Positions 24,951-37,449 of a stretch of 64,000 nucleotides of DNA are shown one piece after another. Made by a program: the position numbers and the translations under genes. The notes under the pieces were generated by a model. The model was given only the letters and a program-made list of their open reading frames with translations. It had not been told where the DNA came from and made no database searches. Every line of letters begins with the position of its first letter. Within the stretch, counting starts at the first letter, position 1. This DNA comes from Tubulanus polymorphus (taxonomy: Eukaryota; Animalia; Nemertea): NCBI RefSeq assembly GCF_964204645.1, contig NW_027437444.1:1-64000 (forward strand), in the 5' to 3' direction.

Positions 24951-26449
24951 GGAAAAGCACTTTTCGACCCGAAAACGTCGTTCAGCGCGAGAAAAGACGT
25001 TTTCGTATCAAATATTCCCCCTATCGGGAAAACGACAATGTCGATGCGTAAAAGCGCTCAAATCGTCAGGAAAAGCACTTTTCGACCCGAAAACGTCGTT
25101 CAGCGCGAGAAAAGACGTTTTCGTATCAAATATTCCCCCTATCGGAAAAACGACAATGTCGATGCGTAAAAGCGCTCAAATCGTCAGGAAAAGCACTTTT
25201 CGACCCGAAAACGTCGTTCAGCGCGAGAAAAGACGTTTTCGTATCAAATATTCCCCCTATCGAAAAAACGACAATGTCGATGCGTAAAAGCGCTCAAATC
25301 GTCAGGAAAAGCACTTTTCGACCCGAAAACGTCGTTCAGCGCGAGAAAAGACGTTTTCGTATCAAATATTCCCCCTATCGGGAAAACGACAATGTCGATG
25401 CGTAAAAGCGCTCAAATCGTCAGGAAAAGCACTTTTCGACCCGAAAACGTCGTTCAGCGCGAGAAAAGACGTTTTCGTATCAAATATTCCCCCTATCGGG
25501 AAAACGACAATGTCGATGCGTAAAAGCGCTCAAATCGTCAGGAAAAGCACTTTTCGGACCGAAAACGTCGTTCAGCGCGAGAAAAGACGTTTTTCGTATC
25601 AAATATTCCCCCTATCGGGAAAACGACAATGTCGATGCGTAAAAGCGCTCAAATCGTCAGGGAAAAGCACTTTTCGACCCGAAAACGTCGTTCAGCGCGA
25701 GAAAAGACGTTTTCGTATCAAATATTCCCCCTATCGGAAAAACGACAATGTCGATGCGTAAAAGCGCTCAAATCGTCAGGAAAAGCACTTTTCGACCCGA
25801 AAACGTCGTTCAGCGCGAGAAAAGACGTTTTCGTATCAAATATTCCCCCGATCGGAAAAACGACAATGTCGATGCGTAAAAGCGCTCAAATCGTCAGGAA
25901 AAGCACTTTTCGCCCCGAAAACGTCGTTCAGCGCGAGAAAAGACGTTTTCGTATCAAATATTCCCCCGATCGGAAAAACGACAATGTCGATGCGTAAAAG
26001 CGCTCAAATCGTCAGGAAAAGCACTTTTCGACCCGAAAACGTCGTTCAGCGCGAGAAAAGACGTTTTCGTATCAAATATTCCCCCTATCGGAAAAACGAC
26101 AATGTCGATGCGTAAAAGCGCTCAAATCGTCAGGAAAAGCACTTTTCGACGCGAAAACGTCGTACAGCGCGAGAAAATACGTTTTCGTATCAAATATTCC
26201 CCCTATCGGAAAAACGACAATGTCGATGCGTAAAAGCGCTCAAATCGTCAGGAAAAGCACTTTTCGACCCGAAAACGTCGTTCAGCGCGAGAAAAGACGT
26301 TTTCGTATCAAATATTCCCCCTATCGGAAAAACGACAATGTCGATGCGTAAAAGCGCTCAAATCGTCAGGAAAAGCACTTTTCGACCCGAAAACGTCGTT
26401 CAGCGCGAGAAAAGACGTTTTCGTATCAAATATTCCCCCTATCGGAAAA

Positions 26450-27750
26450 AACGACAATGTCGATGCGTAAAAGCGCTCAAATCGTCAGGAAAAGCACTTT
26501 TCGCTCCGAAAACGTCGTTCAGCGCGAGAAAAGACGTTTTCGTATCAAATATTCCCCCTATCGGAAAAACGACAATGTCGATGCGTAAAAGCGCTCAAAT
26601 CGTCAGGAAAAGCACTTTTCGACCCGAAAACGTCGTTCAGCGCGAGAAAAGACGTTTTCGTATCAAATATTCCCCCTATCGGAAAAACGACAATGTCGAT
26701 GCGTAAAAGCGCTCAAATCGTCAGGAAAAGCACTTTTCGACCCGAAAACGTCGTTCAGCGCGAGAAAAGACGTTTTCGTATCAAATATTCCCCCTATCGG
26801 AAAAACGACAATGTCGATGCGTAAAAGCGCTCAAATCGTCAGGAAAAGCACTTTTCGACCCGAAAACGTCGTTCAGCGCGAGAAAAGACGTTTTCGTATC
26901 AAATATTCCCCCTATCGGAAAAACGACAATGTCGATGCGTAAAAGCGCTCAAATCGTCAGGAAAAGCACTTTTCGACCCGAAAACGTCGTTCAGCGCGAG
27001 AAAAGACGTTTTCGTATCAAATATTCCCCCTATCGGAAAAACGACAATGTCGATGCGTAAAAGCGCTCAAATCGTCAGGAAAAGCACTTTTCGCTCCGAA
27101 AACGTCGTTCAGCGCGAGAAAAGACGTTTTCGTATCAAATATTCCTCCTATCGGAAAAATGACAATGTCGATGCGTAAAAGCGCTCAAATCGTCAGGAAA
27201 AGCACTTTTCGACCCGAAAACGTCGTTCAGCGCGAGAAAAGACGTTTTCGTATCAAATATTCCCCCTATCGGAAAAACGACAATGTCGATGCGTAAAAGC
27301 GCTCAAATCGTCAGGAAAAGCACTTTTCGACCCGAAAACGTCGTTCAGCGCGAGAAAAGACGTTTTCGTATCAAATATTCCCCCTATCGGAAAAACGACA
27401 ATGTCGATGCGTAAAAGCGCTCAAATCGTCAGGAAAAGCACTTTTCGACCCGAAAACGTCGTTCAGCGCGAGAAAAGACGTTTTCGTATCAAATATTCCC
27501 CCTATCGGAAAAACGACAATGTCGATGCGTAAAAGCGCTCAAATCGTCAGGAAAAGCACTTTTCGACCCGAAAACGTCGTTCAGCGCGAGAAAAGACGTT
27601 TTCGTATCAAATATTCCCCCTATCGGAAAAACGACAATGTCGATGCGTAAAAGCGCTCAAATCGTCAGGAAAAGCACTTTTCGCTCCGAAAACGTCGTTC
27701 AGCGCGAGAAAAGACGTTTTCGTATCAAATATTCCCCCTATCGGAAAAAC
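26450..27750. repeat. 5-monomer periodicity (590 bp) in near-consensus A
   Basis: The loop variant TCGCTCCGAA occurs at 26,501, 27,091 and 27,681, exactly 590 bp apart. Confidence 0.7.
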
Positions 27751-29599
27751 GACAATGTCGATGCGTAAAAGCGCTCAAATCGTCAGGAAAAGCACTTTTC
27801 GACCCGAAAACGTCGTTCAGCGCGAGAAAAGACGTTTTCGTATCAAATATTCCCCCTATCGGAAAAACGACAATGTCGATGCGTAAAAGCGCTCAAATCG
27901 TCAGGAAAAGCACTTTTCGACCCGAAAACGTCGTTCAGCGCGAGAAAAGACGTTTTCGTATCAAATATTCCCCCTATCGGAAAAACGACAATGTCGATGC
28001 GTAAAAGCGCTCAAATCGTCAGGAAAAGCACATTTCGACCCGAAAACGTCGTTCAGCGCGAGAAAAGACGTTTTCGTATCAAATATTCCCCCTATCGGAA
28101 AAACGACAATGTCGATGCGTAAAAGCGCTCAAATCGTCAGGAAAAGCACTTTTCGACCCGAAAACGTCGTTCAGCGCGAGAAAAGACGTTTTCGTATCAA
28201 ATATTCCCCCTATCGGATAAACGACAATGTCGATGCGTAAAAGCGCTCAAATCGTCAGGAAAAGCACTTTTCGACCCGAAAACGTCGTTCAGCGCGAGAA
28301 AAGACGTTTTCGTATCAAATATTCCCCCTATCGGAAAAACGACAATGTCGATGCGTAAAAGCGCTCAAATCGTCAGGAAAAGCACTTTTCGACCCGAAAA
28401 CGTCGTTCAGCGCGAGAAAAGACGTTTTCGTATCAAATATTCCCCCTATCGGAAAAACGACAATGTCGATGCGTAAAAGCGCTCAAATCGTCAGGAAAAG
28501 CACATTTCGACCCGAAAACGTCGTTCAGCGCGAGAAAAGACGTTTTCGTATCAAATATTCCCCCTATCGGAAAAACGACAATGTCGATGCGTAAAAGCGC
28601 TCAAATCGTCAGGAAAAGCACATTTCGACCCGAAAACGTCGTTCAGCGCGAGAAAAGACGTTTTCGTATCAAATATTCCCCCTATCGGAAAAACGACAAT
28701 GTCGATGCGTAAAAGCGCTCAAATCGTCAGGAAAAGCACTTTTCGACCCGAAAACGTCGTTCAGCGCGAGAAAAGACGTTTTTCCATCACATTTTCCCCG
28801 TTTCGGAAAATGGACAAAGTCGATCCGTAAAAGAGCTCAAATCGTCAGGAAAAGCACATTTCGACCCGAAAACGTCGTTCTCCACGAGAAATGACGTTTT
28901 CTCATCACATTTTCCCCGTATCGGAAAAATGACAAAGTCGATCCGTAAAAGAGCTCAGATCGTCAGGAAAAGCACATTTCGACCCGAGAACGTCGTTCTC
29001 CGCGAAGACGTTTTCTCATCACATTTTACCCCGTAACTGAAAAATGAAAAAGTCGATCCGTAAAAGAGCTCAAATCGTCAGGAAAAGCACATTTCGATCC
29101 GAAATCGCCGTTGTCTGCGAGAAAAGACGTTTTCTCATAACATTTTCCCCGTATCGGAAAAATGACAAAGTCTATCCGTAAAAGCGCTCAAATCATCAGG
29201 AAAAGCACATTTCGACCCGAAAACGTCGTTCTGCGCTAGAAAATACGTTTTCTCATCACATTTTCCCGAATCGGAAAAATGGCATAGTCGATCCGTAAAA
29301 GAGCTCAAATCGTCAGGAAAAGCACATTTCGACCCGAAAACGTCGTTCCTGCGCGAGAAATGACGTTTTCTCATCACATTTTCCCCGTATCGGAAAAATG
29401 ACAAAGTCGATCCGTAAAATCGTTCAAATCGTCAGGGAAAGCACATTTCCACCCGAAAACGTCGTTCATCGAGAGAAAAGACGTTTTCTCATCACATTTT
29501 CCCCGTAACTGAAAAATGACATAGTCGATCCGTAAAATAGCTCAAATCGTCAGGAATAGCAAATTTCGACCCGAAAACGTCGTTCTCCGCGAGAAAAGA

Positions 29600-32500
29600 C
29601 GTTTTCTCATCACATTTTCCCCGTAACTGAAAAATGACAAAGTCGATCCGTAAAAGCGTTCAAATCGTCAGGAAAAGCACATTTCGACCCAAAAATGTCG
29701 TTCTGCGCGAGAAAGGACGTTTTCTCATTACATTTTCCCCGTATCGGAAAAATGGCATCCGTAAAAGAGCTCAAATCGTCAGGAAAAGCACATTTCGACC
29801 CGAAAACGTCGTTCTCCGCGAGAAATGACGTTTTCTCATCACATTTTCCCCGTAACTGAAAAATGACAAAGTCGATCCGTAAAAGCGTTCAAATCGTCAG
29901 GAAAAGCACATTTCGACCCGAAAACGTCGTTCTCCGAGAGAAAAGACGTTTTCTCATCACATTTTCCCCGTATCGGAAAAATGACAAAGTCGATCCGTAA
30001 AAGAGCTCAAATCGTCAGGAAAAGCAATTTTCGAACCGAAAACGTCGTTCACCGCGAGAAAAGACGTTTTCTGATCACATTTTCCCCCTATCGGAAAAAT
30101 GACAAAGTCGATCCGTAAAAGAGCTCAAATCGTCAGGAAAAGCACATTTCGATCCGAAATCGTCGTTGTCCGCGAGAAAAGACGTTTTCTCGTAACATTT
30201 TCCCCATATCGGAAAAATCACAAAGTCTAACCGTAAGAGCGCTCAAATCGTCAGGAAAAGCACATTTCGACCCGAAAACGTCGTTCTCCGCGAAAAAAGA
30301 CGTTTTCTCGTCGCATTTTCCACGTATCGGAAAAAGGACAAAGTCGATCCGTAAAAGCGCTCAAATCGTCAGGAAAAGCACATTTCGACCCGAAGACGTC
30401 GTTCTCCGCGAGAAAAAACGTTTTCTCATCATATTTTCCCCGTATCGGAAAAATGACATAGTCGATCCGTAAAACCGTTCAAATCGTCAGTAAAAGCACA
30501 ATTCGACCCGAAAACGTCGTTCTCCGCGAGAAAAGACGTTTTGTCATCACATTTTCCCCGTATCGTAAAAATGACATAGTCGATCCGTAAAAGAGCTCAA
30601 ATCGTCAGGGAAAGCACATTTCGACCCGAAAACGTCGTTTTCCGCGAGAATTGACGTTTTCTCATCACATTTTCCCCGTATCGGAAAAATGACAACGTCG
30701 ATCCGTAAAAGCGCTCAAATCGTCAGGAAAAGCACATTTCGACCCGAAAACGTCGTTCTCCGCGAGAAAAGACGTTTTCTCATCACATTTTCCCAGTAAC
30801 TGAAAAATGACAAAGTCGATCCGTAAAAGCGTTCAAATCGTCAGGAAAAGCACATTTCGACCCGAAAACGTCGTTCTCCGCGAGAAAAGACGTTTTCTCA
30901 TCACATTTTCCCGGATCGGAAAAATGACAATGTCGATCCGTAAAAGAGCTCAAATCGCCAGGAAAAGCAAATTTCGAACGGAAAACGTCGTTCTCCGCGA
31001 GAAAAGACGTTTTCTCATCACATTTTCCCCGTATCGAAAAAATGACAAAGTCGATCCGTAAAAGCGTTCAAATCGTCAGGAAAAGCACATTTCGACCCGA
31101 AAACGTCGTTCTCCGCGAGAAAAGACGTTTTCTCATCATATTTTCCCCGTATCGGAAAAATGACAAAGTCGATCCGTAAAAGAGCTCAAATCGTCAGGAA
31201 AAGCACATTTCGACCCGAAAACGTCGTTCTCCGCGAGAAAGGACGTTTTCTCATCACATTTTACCCGTATCGGAAAAATGACAAAGTCGATCGATAAAAG
31301 AGCTCAAATCGTCAGGAAAAGCACATTTCGACCCGAAAACGTCGTTCTCCGCGAGAAAGGACGTTTTCTCATCACATTTTCCCCGTATCGGAAAAATGAC
31401 AAAGTCGATCGGTAAAAGAGCTCAAATCGTCAGGAAAAGCACATTTCGACCCGAAAACGTCGTTCTCCGAGAGAAAAGACGTTTTCTCATCACATTTTCC
31501 CCGTAACTGAAAAATGACAAAGTCGATCCGTAAAATAGCTCAAATCGTCAGGGAAAGCACATTTCGACCCGAAAACATCGTTCTGCGCGAGAAAAGATGT
31601 TTTCTCATCAAATTTTCCCTGCAACTGAAAAATGACGAAGTCGATCCGTAAAAGAGCTCAAATCGCCAGGAATAGCAAATTTCGACCCGAAAACGTCGTT
31701 CTCCGCGAGAAAAGACGTTTTCTCATCACATTTTCCCCGTATCGGAAAAATGACAAAGTCGATCCGTAAAAGAGCTCAAATCGTCAGGAAAAGCACATTT
31801 CGACCCGAAAACGTCGTTCTCCGAGAGAAAAGACGTTTTCTCATCACATTTTCCCCGTAACTGAAAAATGACAAAGTCGATCCGTAAAAGCGTTCAAATC
31901 GTCAGGAAAAGCACATTTCGACCCAAAAATGTCGTTCTGCGCGAGAAAGGACGTTTTCTCATTACATTTTCCCCGTATCGGAAAAATGGCATCCGTAAAA
32001 GAGCTCAAATCGTCAGGAAAAGCACATTTCGACCCGAAAACGTCGTTCTCCGCGAGAAATGACGTTTTCTCATCACATTTTCCCCGTAACTGAAAAATGA
32101 CAAAGTCGATCCGTAAAAGCGTTCAAATCGTCAGGAAAAGCACATTTCGACCCGAAAACGTCGTTCTCCGAGAGAAAAGACGTTTTCTCATCACATTTTC
32201 CCCGTATCGGAAAAATGACAAAGTCGATCCGTAAAAGAGCTCAAATCGTCAGGAAAAGCAATTTTCGAACCGAAAACGTCGTTCACCGCGAGAAAAGACG
32301 TTTTCTGATCACATTTTCCCCCTATCGGAAAAATGACAAAGTCGATCCGTAAAAGAGCTCAAATCGTCAGGAAAAGCACATTTCGATCCGAAATCGTCGT
32401 TGTCCGCGAGAAAAGACGTTTTCTCGTAACATTTTCCCCATATCGGAAAAATCACAAAGTCTAACCGTAAGAGCGCTCAAATCGTCAGGAAAAGCACATT

Positions 32501-34100
32501 TCGACCCGAAAACGTCGTTCTCCGCGAAAAAAGACGTTTTCTCGTCGCATTTTCCACGTATCGGAAAAAGGACAAAGTCGATCCGTAAAAGCGCTCAAAT
32601 CGTCAGGAAAAGCACATTTCGACCCGAAGACGTCGTTCTCCGCGAGAAAAAACGTTTTCTCATCATATTTTCCCCGTATCGGAAAAATGACATAGTCGAT
32701 CCGTAAAACCGTTCAAATCGTCAGTAAAAGCACAATTCGACCCGAAAACGTCGTTCTCCGCGAGAAAAGACGTTTTGTCATCACATTTTCCCCGTATCGT
32801 AAAAATGACATAGTCGATCCGTAAAAGAGCTCAAATCGTCAGGGAAAGCACATTTCGACCCGAAAACGTCGTTTTCCGCGAGAATTGACGTTTTCTCATC
32901 ACATTTTCCCCGTATCGGAAAAATGACAACGTCGATCCGTAAAAGCGCTCAAATCGTCAGGAAAAGCACATTTCGACCCGAAAACGTCGTTCTCCGCGAG
33001 AAAAGACGTTTTCTCATCACATTTTCCCAGTAACTGAAAAATGACAAAGTTGATCCGTAAAAGCGTTCAAATCGTCAGGAAAAGCACATTTCGACCCGAA
33101 AACGTCGTTCTCCGCGAGAAAAGACGTTTTCTCATCACATTTTCCCGGATCGGAAAAAAGACAATGTCGATCCGTAAAAGAGCTCAAATCGCCAGGAAAA
33201 GCAAATTTCGAACGGAAAACGTCGTTCTCCGCGAGAAAAGACGTTTTCTCATCACATTTTCCCCGTATCGAAAAAATGACAAAGTCGATCCGTAAAAGCG
33301 TTCAAATCGTCAGGAAAAGCACATTTCGACCCGAAAACGTCGTTCTCCGCGAGAAAAGACGTTTTCTCATCATATTTTCCCCGTATCGGAAAAATGACAA
33401 AGTCGATCCGTAAAAGAGCTCAAATCGTCAGGAAAAGCACATTTCGACCCGAAAACGTCGTTCTCCGCGAGAAAGGACGTTTTCTCATCACATTTTACCC
33501 GTATCGGAAAAATGACAAAGTCGATCGATAAAAGAGCTCAAATCGTCAGGAAAAGCACATTTCGACCCGAAAACGTCGTTCTCCGCGAGAAAGGACGTTT
33601 TCTCATCACATTTTCCCCGTATCGGAAAAATGACAAAGTCGATCGGTAAAAGAGCTCAAATCGTCAGGAAAAGCACATTTCGACCCGAAAACGTCGTTCT
33701 CCGAGAGAAAAGACGTTTTCTCATCACATTTTCCCCGTAACTGAAAAATGACAAAGTCGATCCGTAAAATAGCTCAAATCGTCAGGGAAAGCACATTTCG
33801 ACCCGAAAACATCGTTCTGCGCGAGAAAAGATGTTTTCTCATCAAATTTTCCCTGCAACTGAAAAATGACGAAGTCGATCCGTAAAAGAGCTCAAATCGC
33901 CAGGAATAGCAAATTTCGACCCGAAAACGTCGTTCTCCGCGAGAAAAGACGTTTTCTCATCACATTTTCCCCGTATCGGAAAAATGACAAAGTCGATCCG
34001 TAAAAGAGCTCAAATCGTCAGGAAAAGCACATTTCGACCCGAAAACGTCGTTCTCCGACAGAAAAGACGTTTTCTCATCACATTTTCCCCGTAACTGAAA
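29600..34100. repeat. 19-mer HOR (2,234 bp), two tandem copies
   Basis: Offset 2,234 = 19x118 - 8 (one 7-nt and one 1-nt deletion). ORF pairs 29634/31868 and 30807/33041. Shared markers ATGGCATCC, GTCTAACCGTAAG, CGAACGGAAAAC and CCCTGCAACTG. Confidence 0.93.
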
Positions 34101-37100
34101 AATGACATAGTCGATCCGAAAAATAGCTCAAATCGTCAGGAAAAGCACATTTCGATCCGAAATCGTCGTTGTCCGCGAGAAAAGACGTTTTCTCGTAACA
34201 TTTTCCCCGTATCGGAAAAATGACAAAGTCTATCCGTAGAAGCGCTCAAATCGTCAGGAAAAGCACATTTCGACCCGAAAACGTCGTTCTCCGCGAGAAA
34301 AGACGTTTTCTCATCACATTTTCCCGTATCGGAAAAATGACAATGTCGATCCGTAAAAGCGCTCAAATCGTCAGGAAAAGCACATTTCGACCCGAAGACG
34401 TCGTTCTCCGCGAGAAAAGTCGTTTTCTCATCATATTTTCCACGTATCGGAAAAATGACAAAGTCGATCCGTAAAAGCGTTCAAATCGTCAGTAAAAGCA
34501 CATTTCGACCCGAAAACGTCGTTCTCCGCGAGAAAAGACGTTTTGGCATCACATTTTCCCCGTATCGGAAAAATTACAAAGTCGATCCGTAAAAGAGCTC
34601 AAATCGTCAGGGAAAGCACATTTCGACCCGAAAACGTCGTTCTCCGCGAGAATTGACGTTTTCTCATCACATTTTCCCCGTATCGGAAAAATGACAAAGT
34701 CGATCCGTAAAAGCGCTCAAATCGTCAGGAAAAGCACATTTCGACCCCTAAAAGTCGTTCTCCGCGAGAATTGACGTTTTCTCATCACATTTTCCCCGTA
34801 TCGGAAAAATGACAAAGTCGATCCGTAAAAGCGCTCAAATCGTCAGGAAAAGCACATTTCGACCCGAAAAAGTCGTTCTCCGCGAGAAAAGACGTTTTCT
34901 CATCACATTTTCCCCGTCACTGAAAAATGACAAAGTCGATCCGTAAAAGCGCTCAAATCGTCAGGAAAAGCACATTTCGAACCGAAAACGTCGTTATCAG
35001 CGAGAAAAGACGTTTTCTCATCACATTTTCCCGTATCGGAAAAATGACAAAGTCGGTCCGTAAAAGTGCTCAAATCGTCAGGAAAAGCACATTCCGACCC
35101 GAGGACGTCGTTCTCCGCGAGAAAAGATGTTTTCTCATCATATTTTCCCCGTATCGGAAAAATGACATAGTCGATCCGTAAAAGCGTTCAAATCGTCAGT
35201 AAAAGCACATTTCGACCCGAAAACGTCGTTCTCCGCGAGAAAAGACGTTTTATCATCAAATTTTCTCCGTATCGGAAAAATGACAAAGTCGATCCGTAAA
35301 AGAGCTCAAATCGCCAGGAAAAGCAATTTTCGACCCGAAAACGTCGTTCTCCGCGAGAAAAGACGTTTTGTCATCACATTTTCCCCGTATCGTAAAAATG
35401 ACATAGTCGATCCGTAAAAGAGCTCAAATCGTCAGGGAAAGCACATTTCGACCCGAAAACGTCGTTTTCCGCGAGAATTGACGTTTTCTCATCACATTTT
35501 CCCAGTAACTGAAAAATGACAAAGTCGATCCGTAAAAGCGTTCAAATCGTCAGGAAAAGCACATTTCGACCCGAAAACGTCGTTCTCCGCGAGAAAAGAC
35601 GTTTTTTCATCACATTTTCCCGGATCGGAAAAATGACAATGTCGATCCGTAAAAGAGCTCAAATCGCCAGGAAAAGCAAATTTCGAACGGAAAACGTCGT
35701 TCTCCGCGAGAAAAGACGTTTTCTCATCACATTTTCCCCGTATCGAAAAAATGACAAAGTCGATCCGTAAAAGCGTTCAAATCGTCAGGAAAAGCACATT
35801 TCGACCCGAAAACGTCGTTCTCCGCGAGAAAAGACGTTTTCTCATCACATTTTCCCAGTAACTGAAAAATGACAAAGTCGATCCGTAAAAGCGTTCAAAT
35901 CGTCAGGAAAAGCACATTTCGACCCGAAAACGTCGTTCTCCGCGAGAAAAGACGTTTTCTCATCACATTTTCCCCGTATCGGAAAAATGACAAAGTCGAT
36001 CCATAAAAGAGCTCAAATCGTCAGGAAAAGCACATTTCGACCCGAAAACGTCGTTCTCGGCGAGAAAAGACGTTTTCTCATCACATTTTCCCCGTATCGG
36101 AAAAATGACAAAGTAAAAGAGCTCAAATCGTCAGGAAAAGCACATTTCGATCCGAAAGACTTTTTCTCATCACATTTTCCCCGTATCGGAAAAATGACAA
36201 AGCTAAAGAGCTCAAATCGTCAGGAAAAGCACATTTCGACCCAAAAATGTCGTTCTGCGCGAGAAAGGACGTTTTCTCATTACATTTTCCCCGTATCGGA
36301 AAAATGGCATCCGTAAAAGAGCTCAAATCGTCAGGAAAAGCACATTTCGACCCGAAAACGTCGTTCTCCGCGAGAAATGACGTTTTCTCATCACATTTTC
36401 CCCGTAACTGAAAAATGACAAAGTCGATCCGTAAAAGCGTTCAAATCGTCAGGAAAAGCACATTTCGACCCGAAAACGTCGTTCTCCGCGAGAAAAGACG
36501 TTTTCTCATCACATTTTCCCCGTATCGGAAAAATGACAAAGTCGATCCGTAAAAGAGCTCAAATCGTCAGGAAAAGCACATTTCGACCCGAAAACGTCGT
36601 TTTCCGCGAGAAAAGACGTTTTCTCATCACATTTTCCCCGTAACTGAAAAATGACAAAGTCGATCCGTAAAAGAGCTCAAATCGTCAAGAAAAGCACATT
36701 TCGACCCGAAAACGTCGTTCTCCGCGAGAATAGACGTTTTCTCATCACATTTTCCCCGTAACTGAAAAATGACAAAGTCGATCCGTAAAAGCGTTCAAAT
36801 CGTCTGGAAAAGCACATTTCGACCCGAAAACGTCGTTCTCCGCGAGAAATGACGTTTTCTCATCACATTTTCCCCGTAACTGAAAAATGACAATGTCGAT
36901 TCGTAAAAGCGTTCAAATCGTCAGGAAAAGCACATATCGACCCGAAGACGTCGTTCTCCGCGAGAAAAGACGTTTTCTCGTCACATTTTTCCCGTATCGG
37001 AAAAATGGCATAGTCGATCCGTAAAAGAGCTCAAATCGTCAGGAAAAGCACATTTCGACCCGAAAACGTCATTCTCCGCGAGAAATGTCGTTTTCTCACC

Positions 37101-37449
37101 ACATTTTCCCCGAATCGGAAAATGACAAAGTCGATCCGTAAAAGAGCTCAAATCGTCACGAAAAGCACATTTCGACCCGAAAACGTCGTTCTGCGCGAGA
37201 AAAGACGTTTTCTCATCACATTTTCCCCGTATCGGAAAAATGACAAAGTCGATCCGTAAAAGCGTTCAAATCGTCAGGAAAAGCACATTTCGACCTAAAA
37301 ACGTCGTTCTCCGAGAGAAAAGACGTTTTCTCATCACATTTTCCCCGTAACTGAAAAATGACAAAGACGATCCGTAAAATGCTCAAATCGTCAGGAAAAG
37401 CACATTTCTATCCGAAATCGTCGTTGTCCGCGAGAAAAGACGTTTTCTC

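Larger units (their letters stand above)
1..28782. repeat. Satellite subfamily A (homogeneous), about 244 monomers
   Basis: Consensus (118 nt): AAAAACGACAATGTCGATGCGTAAAAGCGCTCAAATCGTCAGGAAAAGCACTTTTCGACCCGAAAACGTCGTTCAGCGCGAGAAAAGACGTTTTCGTATCAAATATTCCCCCTATCGG. Most copies differ at only a few sites, mainly the ACC/GAC/ACG trinucleotide and CGGAAAAA versus CGGGAAAA. Confidence 0.97.

Noticed and set aside
1-28782. Order of loop variants as an information-bearing code
   Set aside because: The order is accounted for by nested block duplications, and nothing in the sequence suggests a read-out mechanism.
28915-28930. CENP-B box-like motif (CCCG-TA-T-CGGA-AAAA against CCCGnnTnnnnCGAA)
   Set aside because: Only 7 of 9 essential positions match and the second CpG is missing. 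TTCG and CCCG elsewhere in the monomer have the wrong spacing.
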